Of a DNA stretch of 64,000 bases, positions 35,315 to 44,722 are shown in pieces. The position numbers were made by a program, and so were the translations under genes. Origin of the DNA: Clostridia bacterium (lineage in GTDB: Bacteria > Bacillota > Clostridia > Oscillospirales > CAG-272). The DNA lies in contig JAFQDF010000035.1 in the NCBI GenBank assembly GCA_017416185.1, forward strand, positions 51,521 through 115,520. The letters run 5' to 3'. The notes beneath the pieces are model-generated. The model was not told the DNA's origin and made no database searches. It saw nothing but the letters and a program-made list of their open reading frames with translations. Numbering within the stretch: position 1 is the first letter of the stretch; every line of letters starts with the position of its first letter.

Positions 35315-37717
35315 ATGAAGATTTGTAAAAAAATAACAGTTATTGCTCTTACGGTGTTGATGATTATTCCCCTTGTGACGGCAATGAACTCCTCCGCCTT
35401 TGTCGTGACCGAGTCTCATGACGCAAAAAAAGAGGGAAAGGGTCAGTATAGCTACGGTGATCTGACCTATAATATAATTAACGATGAGGCTGTCATTATG
35501 TACAGTCCCTCCGCTTCGGGCAAGGTCACGATTCCCGATAAGATCGACAACTATAAGGTGACCCAGATAGCGGACTATGCCTTTTATAACAATTCAAAAA
35601 TAACAAGCATCAGTATAGGCAAAAACGTGTGGCGTATAGGCGACTATGCCTTTGACCACTGTCTTGAGGTGGAGGCTGTCACTATGGGCAGCTCTGTAGA
35701 GGAGATCGGTGAATACGCTTTCCGTTACTGCTCCTATGTGGATTCCATATCTCTGCCCAAGAATATAGCCAGAATCGGCTACGGCTTTATTCACGGTACG
35801 GATTATTATCTGTGTGCAAAGTGGGCTGATAATATTCTGTATATAGACGATTATCTTATCGAAGCAAAGGTCTCAAAGATAAGCGGTTCTTATAAGATAA
35901 AGGATGGTGTTACCTGTATTGCAGACGGGGCGTTCAGAGATTGTGCAGGACTTACGGAGATAATCATTCCCGACTCGGTTATTACCATAGGCGGATTTGC
36001 CTTCAGCGGTTGCCCCAAGCTGGAAAATGTGGTCATCGGAAACTCTGTGAAATATATCCACGACTACGCTTTTCACGCCTGCAACGAAGTAAAATCTATA
36101 GAGATAGGTCCCTCGGTGCAAGAAATAGGCTACGGTGCCTTTGCAGGAGTCAGGTGCAGGGAGGTTATTGACGACGTTCATTATATAGGAAACTATCTGA
36201 TAACGGCACTTGTCACCGTCTCCGAGGTCGAGGTAAGAGAAGGTACTATCGCCATAGCAGAAAGAGCTTTCTGCGATTGCACATTCTTAAGAGAAGTAAG
36301 ACTTCCTTCTTCGCTTAAGAGTATAGGTAGTGTTGCATTTTCGGGAACTAACTCTCTTGATATGATAAACATTCCCGCGTCGGTTACCCGTATCGGTGGA
36401 GACGCTTTTAAGTTCGGCAAAAAGAATATAAGAGTATACGTAGAGGATATTTCGGCTTGGTGCGGTATCAGCTTTGAAAACCGTGATGCCAACCCCTTCC
36501 GCCGCAAGAACGCCACCATAGTGGATGATTTCTACGGAAAGACCGTTACCGAGATAACCGTTCCTGACGGTGTAAAGAGCATCGGTGAATATGCGTTTTA
36601 TAACCTGACTACTCTTGAAAAGATCAACATTCCCGATTCGGTAGAGAGTATAGGCTACGGCTGTTTTGAAAAAAAGGAAAATGACGTTATAGTTGCAAAC
36701 AACTCGGTAACTATGGTCTGCAATGAAGGCAGCTATGCCTACGGTTATGCAAAAGCTCAGGGAATGCCTTACGTTCCGAGCTGTGAACACAGCTTTACAA
36801 ACTATATTTCAAACAATGACTTTAGCTGTACCCATGACGGCACCGAGACCGCGGTATGCGATAACGGCTGCGGCAAAACCGACACAAGGGTAACCAAGAC
36901 AGCTCCCGGACACAGCTTTACAAACTATAAACACACAAGCGACTTCAGCTGTACTACCGATGAGACCGAAACTGCGGTATGTGACAACGGCTGCGGCAAG
37001 ACCGACGTAAAGGTTATTCAAAAGGCACCCGGACACAGATTTGAAAAATGGGTGACCGATATCGAGCCTACCTATATTTCAGAGGGTCAAAAGAGCAGTG
37101 TGTGTGCTGTCTGCTCCCACGTTGAAACCGTTGCAATACCAGCAAAGCACCTTAGCTTTCACGACGTAAACAGTACCCACTGGTACGCAGATTCGGTAAA
37201 ATACTGTGTACAGATGGGTTACGTAAGCGGTATGACCCAGTTCACCTTTGCTCCCAACGGCAAGCTTACCAGAGCGCAGTTCCTTACTATCCTCGCAAAG
37301 CAAGACGGCGTTGACCTCAGCGTATACGAGGGTAAGGACTCAGGCTTTACCGATGTTAAGTCCTATCATTGGTACAACACTTACATATGCTGGGCGGTGG
37401 AGCAGGAGCTTACCGCAGGTCTTACCCCCACCACCTTCGGACCTAACACTAACGTTACCAGAGCTCAGCTTGCACGTTTCTTCTACGTATATTCCGAAAA
37501 GAAGGGCATAGCTGTTGAGGGCAGAGCGGATATTTCCGCATATCCCGATGCCGACAAGGTGGCAGGATGGGCCATAGACGGAATCTCCTGGGCTGTGGAT
37601 GCAAGTATAATTAACGGTGTCAAGAGTGGCGATGTTAACTATCTTGACCCCAACGGTACTGCCACAAGAGCGCAGGCGACGGTGATGTTCAAGGCGTTTG
37701 ATACATTCAGAAAATAA
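35315..37717 (+). CDS. BspA-type leucine-rich-repeat surface protein with Cys-rich repeats and SLH domains
   Basis: It has a signal peptide and many I..IG..AF..C..L..I.IP LRR units. Three 41-aa H-x-F...C...AVC..CG modules follow. Three SLH modules lie at the C-terminus (FHDVNSTHWYADSV..., FTDVKSYHWYNTYI..., YPDADKVAGWAIDG...). Confidence 0.8.
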   Translation: MKICKKITVIALTVLMIIPLVTAMNSSAFVVTESHDAKKEGKGQYSYGDLTYNIINDEAVIMYSPSASGKVTIPDKIDNYKVTQIADYAFYNNSKITSISIGKNVWRIGDYAFDHCLEVEAVTMGSSVEEIGEYAFRYCSYVDSISLPKNIARIGYGFIHGTDYYLCAKWADNILYIDDYLIEAKVSKISGSYKIKDGVTCIADGAFRDCAGLTEIIIPDSVITIGGFAFSGCPKLENVVIGNSVKYIHDYAFHACNEVKSIEIGPSVQEIGYGAFAGVRCREVIDDVHYIGNYLITALVTVSEVEVREGTIAIAERAFCDCTFLREVRLPSSLKSIGSVAFSGTNSLDMINIPASVTRIGGDAFKFGKKNIRVYVEDISAWCGISFENRDANPFRRKNATIVDDFYGKTVTEITVPDGVKSIGEYAFYNLTTLEKINIPDSVESIGYGCFEKKENDVIVANNSVTMVCNEGSYAYGYAKAQGMPYVPSCEHSFTNYISNNDFSCTHDGTETAVCDNGCGKTDTRVTKTAPGHSFTNYKHTSDFSCTTDETETAVCDNGCGKTDVKVIQKAPGHRFEKWVTDIEPTYISEGQKSSVCAVCSHVETVAIPAKHLSFHDVNSTHWYADSVKYCVQMGYVSGMTQFTFAPNGKLTRAQFLTILAKQDGVDLSVYEGKDSGFTDVKSYHWYNTYICWAVEQELTAGLTPTTFGPNTNVTRAQLARFFYVYSEKKGIAVEGRADISAYPDADKVAGWAIDGISWAVDASIINGVKSGDVNYLDPNGTATRAQATVMFKAFDTFRK
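36788..37033 (+). repeat. 123-nt in-frame tandem repeat (2 full copies plus a diverged third) inside the LRR/SLH gene
   Basis: CACAGCTTTACAAACTAT... recurs at 36788 and 36911. A diverged copy starts at 37034 (CACAGATTTGAA). The unit encodes HSFTNY..DFSCT.D.TETAVCDNGCGKTD. Confidence 0.8.
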
Positions 37718-37719
37718 AT

Positions 37720-37763
37720 AATAACAGAAAAGACAGTTGCGCGCAACTGTCTTTTCTGTTATT
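37720..37763. terminator. bidirectional terminator (perfect 44-nt palindrome) between convergent genes
   Basis: AATAACAGAAAAGACAGTTGC|GCAACTGTCTTTTCTGTTATT. It overlaps the stop codon of the minus-strand gene. Confidence 0.85.
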
Positions 37764-38433
37764 TAAGTCTGACTTTTTTTGAGAGATACTCATACTGCTT
37801 CTTAACATCCTCGGGGGTTACGTATGCCTTTTCGGCGTATCTGACCGGGGTGTAAAGCTCAAAGAGCTCGTGCTCGGTATCGTTTTCGGCAACCTTACGC
37901 TCTAGCTCCAGAGGAGTATCGTAGGAGTGGCAGTTGCCCTTCTTTTTTTGCTTGTATTCTATATACTTTACGTACATAAAACGTATACGTTCGGCATCCT
38001 CTGTAAGAGAATTAAAGCGTTTCTTGGTTACAGGCTTCTGCTTCTTTTGACGAACGCGGTCATCTCTTATTATAATATTGACCTCATCTGCACTGCGGTG
38101 TCTTATCTTGGGCTTGATGCCTAACTTCTGTCTGATCTTATCAACGGCAGCCTTGAGCTTTTCGGCTACGTTAAATATAGCCTTACTCAAGCGTCTGTAC
38201 AGCTCCTGACGTATCTCCTTTGTAAAGAGCCTGCCGATATGGTAGAGGTCAAGGGCTATGGACACGTATCCGAAGAAGGCGCAGAACTGACGTATATACT
38301 TATATTTTGGGTCGAGGGCAACGGAGAAGTAGATCAAAAGTGCCGCAAGGGATGCGAAGATGATAACCAGAGCCAATCTCTTCTTACTGAAAACTATCTT
38401 TTGGCGGTTAGGGTCGATCTTTTTATTTCTCAT
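37759..38433 (-). CDS. two-TM membrane protein with Lys-rich linker and DUF4129-like C-terminus
   Basis: 224 aa. TM helices LALVIIFASLAALLIYFSV and FCAFFGYVSIALDLY. The C-terminus YDTPLELERK...LFELYTPVRYAEKAYVTPEDV resembles DUF4129. It overlaps the DUF58 gene by 11 nt, indicating one operon. Confidence 0.55.
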   Translation of the reverse strand: MRNKKIDPNRQKIVFSKKRLALVIIFASLAALLIYFSVALDPKYKYIRQFCAFFGYVSIALDLYHIGRLFTKEIRQELYRRLSKAIFNVAEKLKAAVDKIRQKLGIKPKIRHRSADEVNIIIRDDRVRQKKQKPVTKKRFNSLTEDAERIRFMYVKYIEYKQKKKGNCHSYDTPLELERKVAENDTEHELFELYTPVRYAEKAYVTPEDVKKQYEYLSKKVRLK

Positions 38434-39562
38434 CTTCCGTCCCCCTTCCTGAAGGTACGATAAGATTTACCGAGTTTCTGCTACGCTTGAGAGCCTCAAG
38501 GTGAGCCTCTATCTCCTCATCGGTATAGGCGGAGAATACGAAAATCTCGGTGTCACTCAGTCCCGACTCTATTACCCTTGCAAGCAGGGTAGGAAAGGAA
38601 TGGGATGCGGCTATACGTACCTGACTCATACCGCGGAGCATATCTCTTGCGTGTATCTCACCCGAGCGCATAGGAAAGGCAAGTCCTTGGCTTGAATCGT
38701 TCTGGGTGGAGTTGGTATAGAGCCCGAGACGGTAACCGTTGTCGCTCATTATGCGGATTATATCCGCAGTATATGACATAGAGTTTTCCATCATTACGTC
38801 AAACTCTGCCGAGGGAATAGGATCAAGAGGGTCGGTGGCAAAGTTTATGAATATCATAAAGGTACGGTTGGAGCAATAGTCAAGGGCATTGACCCGAAGG
38901 GGCTGGGCAGCCTGTGCATATGCCTTTGCCGTCTGCTTGAAGTTTATCTGATTAAAAGGGTCACCGAAGGTGTAGGGCCTTACCCCCGTGATCGAGAAGG
39001 GATCCTTTATGAGCATACGCTTGGTTATGCTCTCGCCCATAAGCATTCCCACGGGATTCGGAGAGGTGGGAGTGGCAAGGATCTTTGGGTAAACGTAGAG
39101 GGTAGACTTGCTCTCTACCGTCCTTTGTGTTCCGGGAAGGTGTATGACCGCAGTTTCCAGCTTGTATACTCCTCTTTTGGTACAGGTGACGGTATGCTTA
39201 CGCTTGATCTCCATATAGGGAAGGATAAAGGAAAAGCGGCTCTCGAAGCGCTGCATGGCAGATTTGTCCTTACCCTTTGGCACGCCTAAATCGAGCTGTG
39301 GAAAGAAATAACTCTCCGCATAAGCCCGGAACAGGGGCAGACGGGTAGGATTGTATATCCGCTCGGTCAGGGTAACGCTGTCACCCTCGTATACACCGTC
39401 CTCGCTGAAGGTACGTCTGTACTCAAGTCGGTCTATAGTGCGCTTACACAACTCGCGGTAGACAAGCCAGCCTGTAAAGCCCAGCAATGCCAGACCTACT
39501 ATGATAGCCGCCGTTATTATCACCGGAAGGCTTATGGTGACCGTGCTTCCTGCGTGGCTCAT
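38423..39562 (-). CDS. DUF58-domain (vWA-like) protein
   Basis: N-terminal TM helix. It carries the DUF58 signature VRPYTFGDPFNQINFKQTAK. ATGA overlap with the MoxR gene. Confidence 0.8.
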   Translation of the reverse strand: MSHAGSTVTISLPVIITAAIIVGLALLGFTGWLVYRELCKRTIDRLEYRRTFSEDGVYEGDSVTLTERIYNPTRLPLFRAYAESYFFPQLDLGVPKGKDKSAMQRFESRFSFILPYMEIKRKHTVTCTKRGVYKLETAVIHLPGTQRTVESKSTLYVYPKILATPTSPNPVGMLMGESITKRMLIKDPFSITGVRPYTFGDPFNQINFKQTAKAYAQAAQPLRVNALDYCSNRTFMIFINFATDPLDPIPSAEFDVMMENSMSYTADIIRIMSDNGYRLGLYTNSTQNDSSQGLAFPMRSGEIHARDMLRGMSQVRIAASHSFPTLLARVIESGLSDTEIFVFSAYTDEEIEAHLEALKRSRNSVNLIVPSGRGTEDEK

Positions 39563-40521
39563 CTCTTGGAATAGAATATCTCAGGCTCGGTGGGAACGGT
39601 AACGGTGGTAAGTATCTCCTCAATAACCGCCTTGTCATAGTCCTTCTTGATACGGTGGCTGTTGTGGAGGATAAGACGGTGGGCAAGGGTAGGCACTGCC
39701 GCCCTCTTGATGTCGTCGGGAAGCACGTACTCTCTGCCTGCGATTGCCGCAAAGCCCTTTGCCGCCTTCATAAGGGCGATAGCTCCTCTGGGGCTGACGC
39801 CCAGTGCAACGCCCTCCATATCTCTTGTTGCCTCGACTATTTTCGTGATATATTCCATAAGATCGGGATGTACGAACACAGAGGCGACCTCCTTTACAAG
39901 GAAGGGGATCTCGTCAGCGGTGATGACCGGAACGAGCTTAATGCTGTTAGGCTTACCTGCAAAGCGTTCGAGTATGGCAATACTCTCTTCGGCAGTAGGA
40001 TACTGCATTGCGGTCTTGAAGAGAAAACGGTCAAGCTGTGCCTCGGGCAGGGGGAAAACACCCATATTCTCAACGGGGTTTTCTGTTGCTATTACCATAA
40101 AGGGGTCGGGGAGCTTGTAGGTGGTACCGTCGATGGTAGCCTGTCTTTCCTCCATACATTCAAGCAGTCCCGACTGGGTCTTGGGGGTAGCTCGGTTTAT
40201 TTCATCTGCAAGCAGGATGTTGGCAAAGCAGGGACCGGGTATGAACTCAAAATCACCTGTTTTCATATTGAAGTATCTTACACCCGTGATATCACCGGGG
40301 AGAAGGTCGGGGGTGAACTGAAGACGTGCGGACTTGCAGTTGACCGAAGCGGCAAATGCCTTTGTCAGCATTGTCTTGCCCGTTCCCGGTACGTCGCAGA
40401 TAAGCATATGACCTCCTGTAAAGAGGGCGATGCACATAAGGTCTACTACCTCGTCCTTACCTACTATTACGTTTGCTACGCTTTTTTTGATCTTTTCGTA
40501 TGCGAGAGAAACTTTACTCAA
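39559..40521 (-). CDS. MoxR-family AAA+ ATPase
   Basis: VVGKDEVVDLMCIALFTGGHMLICDVPGTGKT (Walker A), LLADEINRATPKTQSGLLECMEE (Walker B/sensor) and VSPRGAIALMKAAK. TTG start with an AAGGAG SD 8 nt upstream. Confidence 0.9.
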   Translation of the reverse strand: MSKVSLAYEKIKKSVANVIVGKDEVVDLMCIALFTGGHMLICDVPGTGKTMLTKAFAASVNCKSARLQFTPDLLPGDITGVRYFNMKTGDFEFIPGPCFANILLADEINRATPKTQSGLLECMEERQATIDGTTYKLPDPFMVIATENPVENMGVFPLPEAQLDRFLFKTAMQYPTAEESIAILERFAGKPNSIKLVPVITADEIPFLVKEVASVFVHPDLMEYITKIVEATRDMEGVALGVSPRGAIALMKAAKGFAAIAGREYVLPDDIKRAAVPTLAHRLILHNSHRIKKDYDKAVIEEILTTVTVPTEPEIFYSKR

Positions 40522-40568
40522 TGTTAAATCTCCTTATACTTGCTTTTTTTATAATATTGATATATAAT

Positions 40569-40597
40569 ATTATAAAATCATCTTAAGTAACTTGCAA
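40569..40597 (-). promoter_or_regulatory. candidate promoter of the MoxR operon
   Basis: In minus sense: TTGCAA - 17 nt - TATAAT. Confidence 0.55.
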
Positions 40598-40642
40598 TGA
40601 TTATCTGCAATATTTCTTGTAATATTTACAAATGGAGGCAAA

Positions 40643-41152
40643 ATGAAGGAATTTCTCTCCTGCGGAAGGATAGTAAACACCCACGGCGTGGGTGGTATGA
40701 TAAAGATAGAATCCTGGTGCGATACACCGAAGGTCTTAGCGGGTCTGAAGACACTGTATCTTGAAAAGAACGGAGTATATACTCCCTTTAAGGTAGAGCG
40801 CGCAAGCGTTCATAAGGGTATGGTGCTCTGCAAGCCCGAGGGCTCTGACACATTTGAAACGGCTATTCTTTATAAAAATAAAGACGTTTTCTGTAAGCGT
40901 GAGGATCTTAAGCTTCCCGAGGACAGGGTGTTTATCGAGGATATACTCGGACTTTCTGTCATCAATGCAGACAGCGGCAAGGTCTACGGAAAGCTTGTGC
41001 GCGTTATAGACAATCCCGCAAACGAGATATACGAGATAGAAACCGAAAAGGGTATGGCGTATATGCCTGCGGTAAGTGAGTTTATAGACCGTATTGAACT
41101 TGAAAACGGCATATTTGTCAGACCTATAGAGGGTATGTTCGATGAGATTTGA
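40643..41152 (+). CDS. rimM: 16S rRNA processing protein RimM
   Basis: CGRIVNTHGVGGMIKIE... and a PRC-barrel C-terminus. It is followed by, and overlaps, trmD. Confidence 0.9.
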   Translation: MKEFLSCGRIVNTHGVGGMIKIESWCDTPKVLAGLKTLYLEKNGVYTPFKVERASVHKGMVLCKPEGSDTFETAILYKNKDVFCKREDLKLPEDRVFIEDILGLSVINADSGKVYGKLVRVIDNPANEIYEIETEKGMAYMPAVSEFIDRIELENGIFVRPIEGMFDEI

Positions 41153-41810
41153 CATTATGACCCTTTTTCCCGCTTTGGTTGACAACGTTCTCTCCGAGAG
41201 TATAATCGGCAGAGCAAGACAGGCGGGAGTTATAGAGGTAGAGACGCACAATATCCGCGATTACTCCAAGGACAAGCATCGCCGTGTTGACGATACCCCC
41301 TACGGCGGCGGTATGGGTATGCTCCTTGCTGCCCCGCCCGTATACGATTGCTACGAGGCTATTGAAAAGAAGGGTAAGACAAGAACGATATATATGTCAC
41401 CCAAGGGCAAGGTCTTTACACAAAAGAAAGCAAGAGAGCTTGCCGGGTACGATCAGCTTATTATCCTCTGCGGACACTATGAGGGCGTTGACCAGCGTGT
41501 GCTTGACCGTATCGTTGACGAGGAGATATCGGTAGGCGACTACGTGCTGACAGGCGGTGAGATACCTGCCTGTATCGTTGTCGATGCCGTGGCAAGACTA
41601 AAGGACGGGGTTCTGTCCGACCCCGAGTGTTACGAAAACGAAAGCCTCTGTCAGGGAATGTTAGAGTATCCCCAGTATACCCGCCCTTATGATTTTATGG
41701 GAGATACCGTACCCGAGGTGCTTTTGGGCGGTAACCACCGTGAAATAGAAAGCTGGAGATTTAAGGCTGCCCTTGAGTTAACCAAGAAACAAAGGCCTGA
41801 TTTGCTCTGA
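41142..41810 (+). CDS. trmD: tRNA (guanine37-N1)-methyltransferase
   Basis: MRFDIMTLFP..., DDTPYGGGMGM and GHYEGVDQRV motifs. Confidence 0.95.
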   Translation: MRFDIMTLFPALVDNVLSESIIGRARQAGVIEVETHNIRDYSKDKHRRVDDTPYGGGMGMLLAAPPVYDCYEAIEKKGKTRTIYMSPKGKVFTQKKARELAGYDQLIILCGHYEGVDQRVLDRIVDEEISVGDYVLTGGEIPACIVVDAVARLKDGVLSDPECYENESLCQGMLEYPQYTRPYDFMGDTVPEVLLGGNHREIESWRFKAALELTKKQRPDLL

Positions 41811-41887
41811 TTTTAGGTAAAAATAGCCTAAAAAACCTATGTGAAAATGTTAATATTTTTGCATTTTAGCAAAAAAGCATAAAGCTA

Positions 41888-41916
41888 TTGATTTTTGACA
41901 AGCTATTTGTTATAAT
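41888..41916 (+). promoter_or_regulatory. candidate promoter of ptsH
   Basis: TTGATT - 17 nt - TGtTATAAT. Confidence 0.55.
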
Positions 41917-41969
41917 ACTTATATAAATTTTGCGAAAAAATAATAATAATTTATAGAGGAGTGTATCAA

Positions 41970-42239
41970 ATGATTACACGTGACGTTACAATAAAGAATA
42001 GTGTAGGACTTCACGCAAGACCTGCTACGTTTTTCATTCAGAAGGCTAATCAGTTCAAGAGCACCATCTGGGTTGAAAAGGACGAGAGACGCGTAAATGC
42101 AAAGAGCCTTCTCGGTGTTCTTTCTCTCGGTATCACCAAGGATATGAGCGTTACCCTTATCGCCGACGGTGCTGATGAGGAAGCTGCACTTAACGGACTT
42201 GCTGAGCTTATCGACAGCGGCCTTGAGTCTGTTCTTTAA
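41970..42239 (+). CDS. ptsH: phosphocarrier protein HPr
   Basis: His15 context GLHARPA and Ser46 context VNAKSLLGVLSLG. AGAGGAG SD lies upstream. Confidence 0.95.
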   Translation: MITRDVTIKNSVGLHARPATFFIQKANQFKSTIWVEKDERRVNAKSLLGVLSLGITKDMSVTLIADGADEEAALNGLAELIDSGLESVL

Positions 42240-42260
42240 TTATAAACAGAGATAACGAAC

Positions 42261-42303
42261 GAGCAGAATCAGCCTTGGCTAATTCTGCTTGTTTTTGTTT
42301 TTT
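42261..42303 (+). terminator. intrinsic terminator after ptsH
   Basis: AGCAGAAT..(inner AGCC/GGCT)..ATTCTGCT followed by TGTTTTTGTTTTTT. Confidence 0.85.
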
Positions 42304-42352
42304 AAAACCGAACGAAACGGACCGTCCGGGGGGCGGTCTCTACAAAAAATTT

Positions 42353-44170
42353 ATGGCAGATATAAACGAGCTCCGAAAGAGAGCAAACGAGCTTCCTTCA
42401 TCCCCCGGTGTATACCTGATGAAGGACAAAAACGACAGGATAATATACGTAGGCAAGTCAAAGGTGCTTAAAAACCGAGTTTCCCAGTATTTCAAGGAAA
42501 CGGGGCATCACGATTTCAAGACCGCAAAGATGGTATCGAACGTAGACCACTTTGACTATATGCTTACCCATACCGAGATAGAGGCATTGAGTCTTGAAAA
42601 CAGACTTATAAAGCTTCATAAGCCTAAGTATAATATTCTCTTAAAGGACGATAAGAGCTACCCCTATATCAAGGTGACAACAGGGGAGGAATACCCGCGG
42701 CTTCAGTTCGTCCGTAAGCGAAACAACGATAAAGCAAAATACTTCGGACCGTATTCGGGAGCAACGACGGCATATTCCATTATCCGTACCGCACAGCGCT
42801 CCTTCGGTATACCGAGATGCTCTAAAAAGTTTCCGCAGGATATAGGCAAGACCCGACCCTGTCTTTACTATCAGCTTGGTCAGTGCACCGGAGTATGTAC
42901 AGGTAAGGTCTCAAAGGAAAGATATAACGAAACTGTAAAGGATCTTTTGGCTTTCTTAGGCGGATCATTTTCCGAGGTCAAAAAATCTCTTGAGGAAAAG
43001 ATGTACTACGCCTCCGAAAATCTGCTTTTCGAGATGGCGGCGCAGTACCGAGATTCCATAAAGGAGCTTGACACCCTCTGGCAGAAGCAGAAGGTGGTGG
43101 GCGCTCCCGATGCCGAATATGACATAATCTCACTTTACAGCGACGAGGTCTCCTCCTGTCTTGCAATATTCTACGTCCGCGACGGCTGTGTTATCGACAA
43201 CGAGCGTTTTATCTTCGGTGCAGATCAGATCATCACTCCCGACTCTGTTGCGGCGTTTCTGTGTGATCTCTATACCAAGCGAGAGTATATACCAAAGAAT
43301 ATCCTTATCGGCTTTGAGCTTGATGAAGAAAGTGACGAGATGCTGACTGCTTTTCTCAACGATAAGGCAGGGTACAGGGTACACGTAAAATACCCCGAGC
43401 GAGGTGATCTCAAGTCTCTGTGCAATATGGTATACGATAACGCAAGACAGTATGCGGGACAGTATAAGGCAGATACCGAAAGGGATAACAAGACACTTAT
43501 CAAGTTAGCTTCTATGCTCTCCCTTGAGGTGGTTCCCGAGCATATCGAGGCTTATGATATATCCAACTTCGGCTCGGATAACATCACGGGCGGTATGATA
43601 TCGGTGCGTGACTCTAAGTTCTGCAAAAAGGATTACCGTACCTATAAGATAAGAGGAACGGGCGGAGAACAGGATGACTATGCTTCTATGAGAGAAACTA
43701 TAGAGCGACGCCTTTCCCATACCGAGCAGACCTATCCCGACCTTATCCTCCTTGACGGAGGTAAGGGTCACGTTTCTACGATTAAGCAATTACTGGAAGA
43801 GCTGAATATCGACATCCCTGTATTCGGTATGGTCAAGGACGAGTTCCATAAGACCAGAGCCTTAACCACCGAGGACGAGGAGATAAGTATAGCAAGAGAG
43901 CAGTCGGTATTCCAGTTTATATATAAAATACAGGAGGAGGTACACCGATTTACAATCAAGGCTATGTCGGGTGCCAAATCAAAGACCTTGACCCATTCCT
44001 CCCTTGAAAAGATAGAGGGCATAGGTCAGACCAAGGCAAAGAATCTCTTAGCCCACTTCAAAAAGCTTGCGGCAATAAAGGAAGCAAGCGTAGACGAATT
44101 AAAGCAAGTAAAGGGCATATCCGAAAAGAATGCCAATGATATTTTTGACTATTTTCATCAGGAGAAATGA
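42353..44170 (+). CDS. uvrC: excinuclease ABC subunit C
   Basis: GIY-YIG domain (PGVYLMKDKNDRIIYVGKSKVLKNRVSQYF), UVR domain, endonuclease V-like domain and C-terminal (HhH)2. ATG at 42353 is preferred because the ORF-track start at 42275 runs through the ptsH terminator. Confidence 0.9.
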   Translation: MADINELRKRANELPSSPGVYLMKDKNDRIIYVGKSKVLKNRVSQYFKETGHHDFKTAKMVSNVDHFDYMLTHTEIEALSLENRLIKLHKPKYNILLKDDKSYPYIKVTTGEEYPRLQFVRKRNNDKAKYFGPYSGATTAYSIIRTAQRSFGIPRCSKKFPQDIGKTRPCLYYQLGQCTGVCTGKVSKERYNETVKDLLAFLGGSFSEVKKSLEEKMYYASENLLFEMAAQYRDSIKELDTLWQKQKVVGAPDAEYDIISLYSDEVSSCLAIFYVRDGCVIDNERFIFGADQIITPDSVAAFLCDLYTKREYIPKNILIGFELDEESDEMLTAFLNDKAGYRVHVKYPERGDLKSLCNMVYDNARQYAGQYKADTERDNKTLIKLASMLSLEVVPEHIEAYDISNFGSDNITGGMISVRDSKFCKKDYRTYKIRGTGGEQDDYASMRETIERRLSHTEQTYPDLILLDGGKGHVSTIKQLLEELNIDIPVFGMVKDEFHKTRALTTEDEEISIAREQSVFQFIYKIQEEVHRFTIKAMSGAKSKTLTHSSLEKIEGIGQTKAKNLLAHFKKLAAIKEASVDELKQVKGISEKNANDIFDYFHQEK

Positions 44171-44173
44171 ATT

Positions 44174-44722
44174 ATGATGCGTATAATTACAGGAACTGCA
44201 AGAGGAACCAAGCTCCAGACCCTTGAGGGTGAGGCTACCCGTCCCACCTCCGAGCGTACCAAGGAGTCGGTTTTCAGTATGCTGCAGTTTGATATAGAGG
44301 GCAGACGTGTCCTCGATCTTTTCGGCGGTTCGGGACAGTTGGGTCTTGAGGCGCTGAGCCGCGGTGCGGCTTCTGCCACTATCGTTGACCAGTCTGCGGA
44401 TGCGGTAAAGATAATCAAGGCAAACGCACAGAAGACCAAGCTCTTTGACCGCTGTGTCATCCTCACAAAGGACTATAAGGCGTACCTCAAGGGAACAAAG
44501 GAAAAGTTTGATATCATCTTCCTTGATCCTCCCTATGACTCAAATATGCTCAGCGAGGCTATGAGGATAATCCTCGAGCAGGATATGCTCAACTATCAGG
44601 GTACCATAGTTCTCGAGAGCGGAAATGATGATATTCCTGAATATGGAGACTTAACCTTACGCAGACACTATAAGTCGGGCAGAGCGTATGTTACCGTATT
44701 GACCAATGAGGTTGGTCAATAA
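44174..44722 (+). CDS. rsmD: 16S rRNA (guanine966-N2)-methyltransferase
   Basis: MRIITGTARG..L......TRPTSERTKESVF, DLFGGSGQLGLEALSRGA and FLDPPY motifs. Confidence 0.9.
   Translation: MMRIITGTARGTKLQTLEGEATRPTSERTKESVFSMLQFDIEGRRVLDLFGGSGQLGLEALSRGAASATIVDQSADAVKIIKANAQKTKLFDRCVILTKDYKAYLKGTKEKFDIIFLDPPYDSNMLSEAMRIILEQDMLNYQGTIVLESGNDDIPEYGDLTLRRHYKSGRAYVTVLTNEVGQ

Noticed and set aside
42306-42322. Possible LexA (Cheo) box upstream of uvrC: CGAACGAAACGGAC.
   Set aside because: Only the left half-site (CGAAC) fits CGAAC-N4-GTTCG. The right half (CGGAC) does not.
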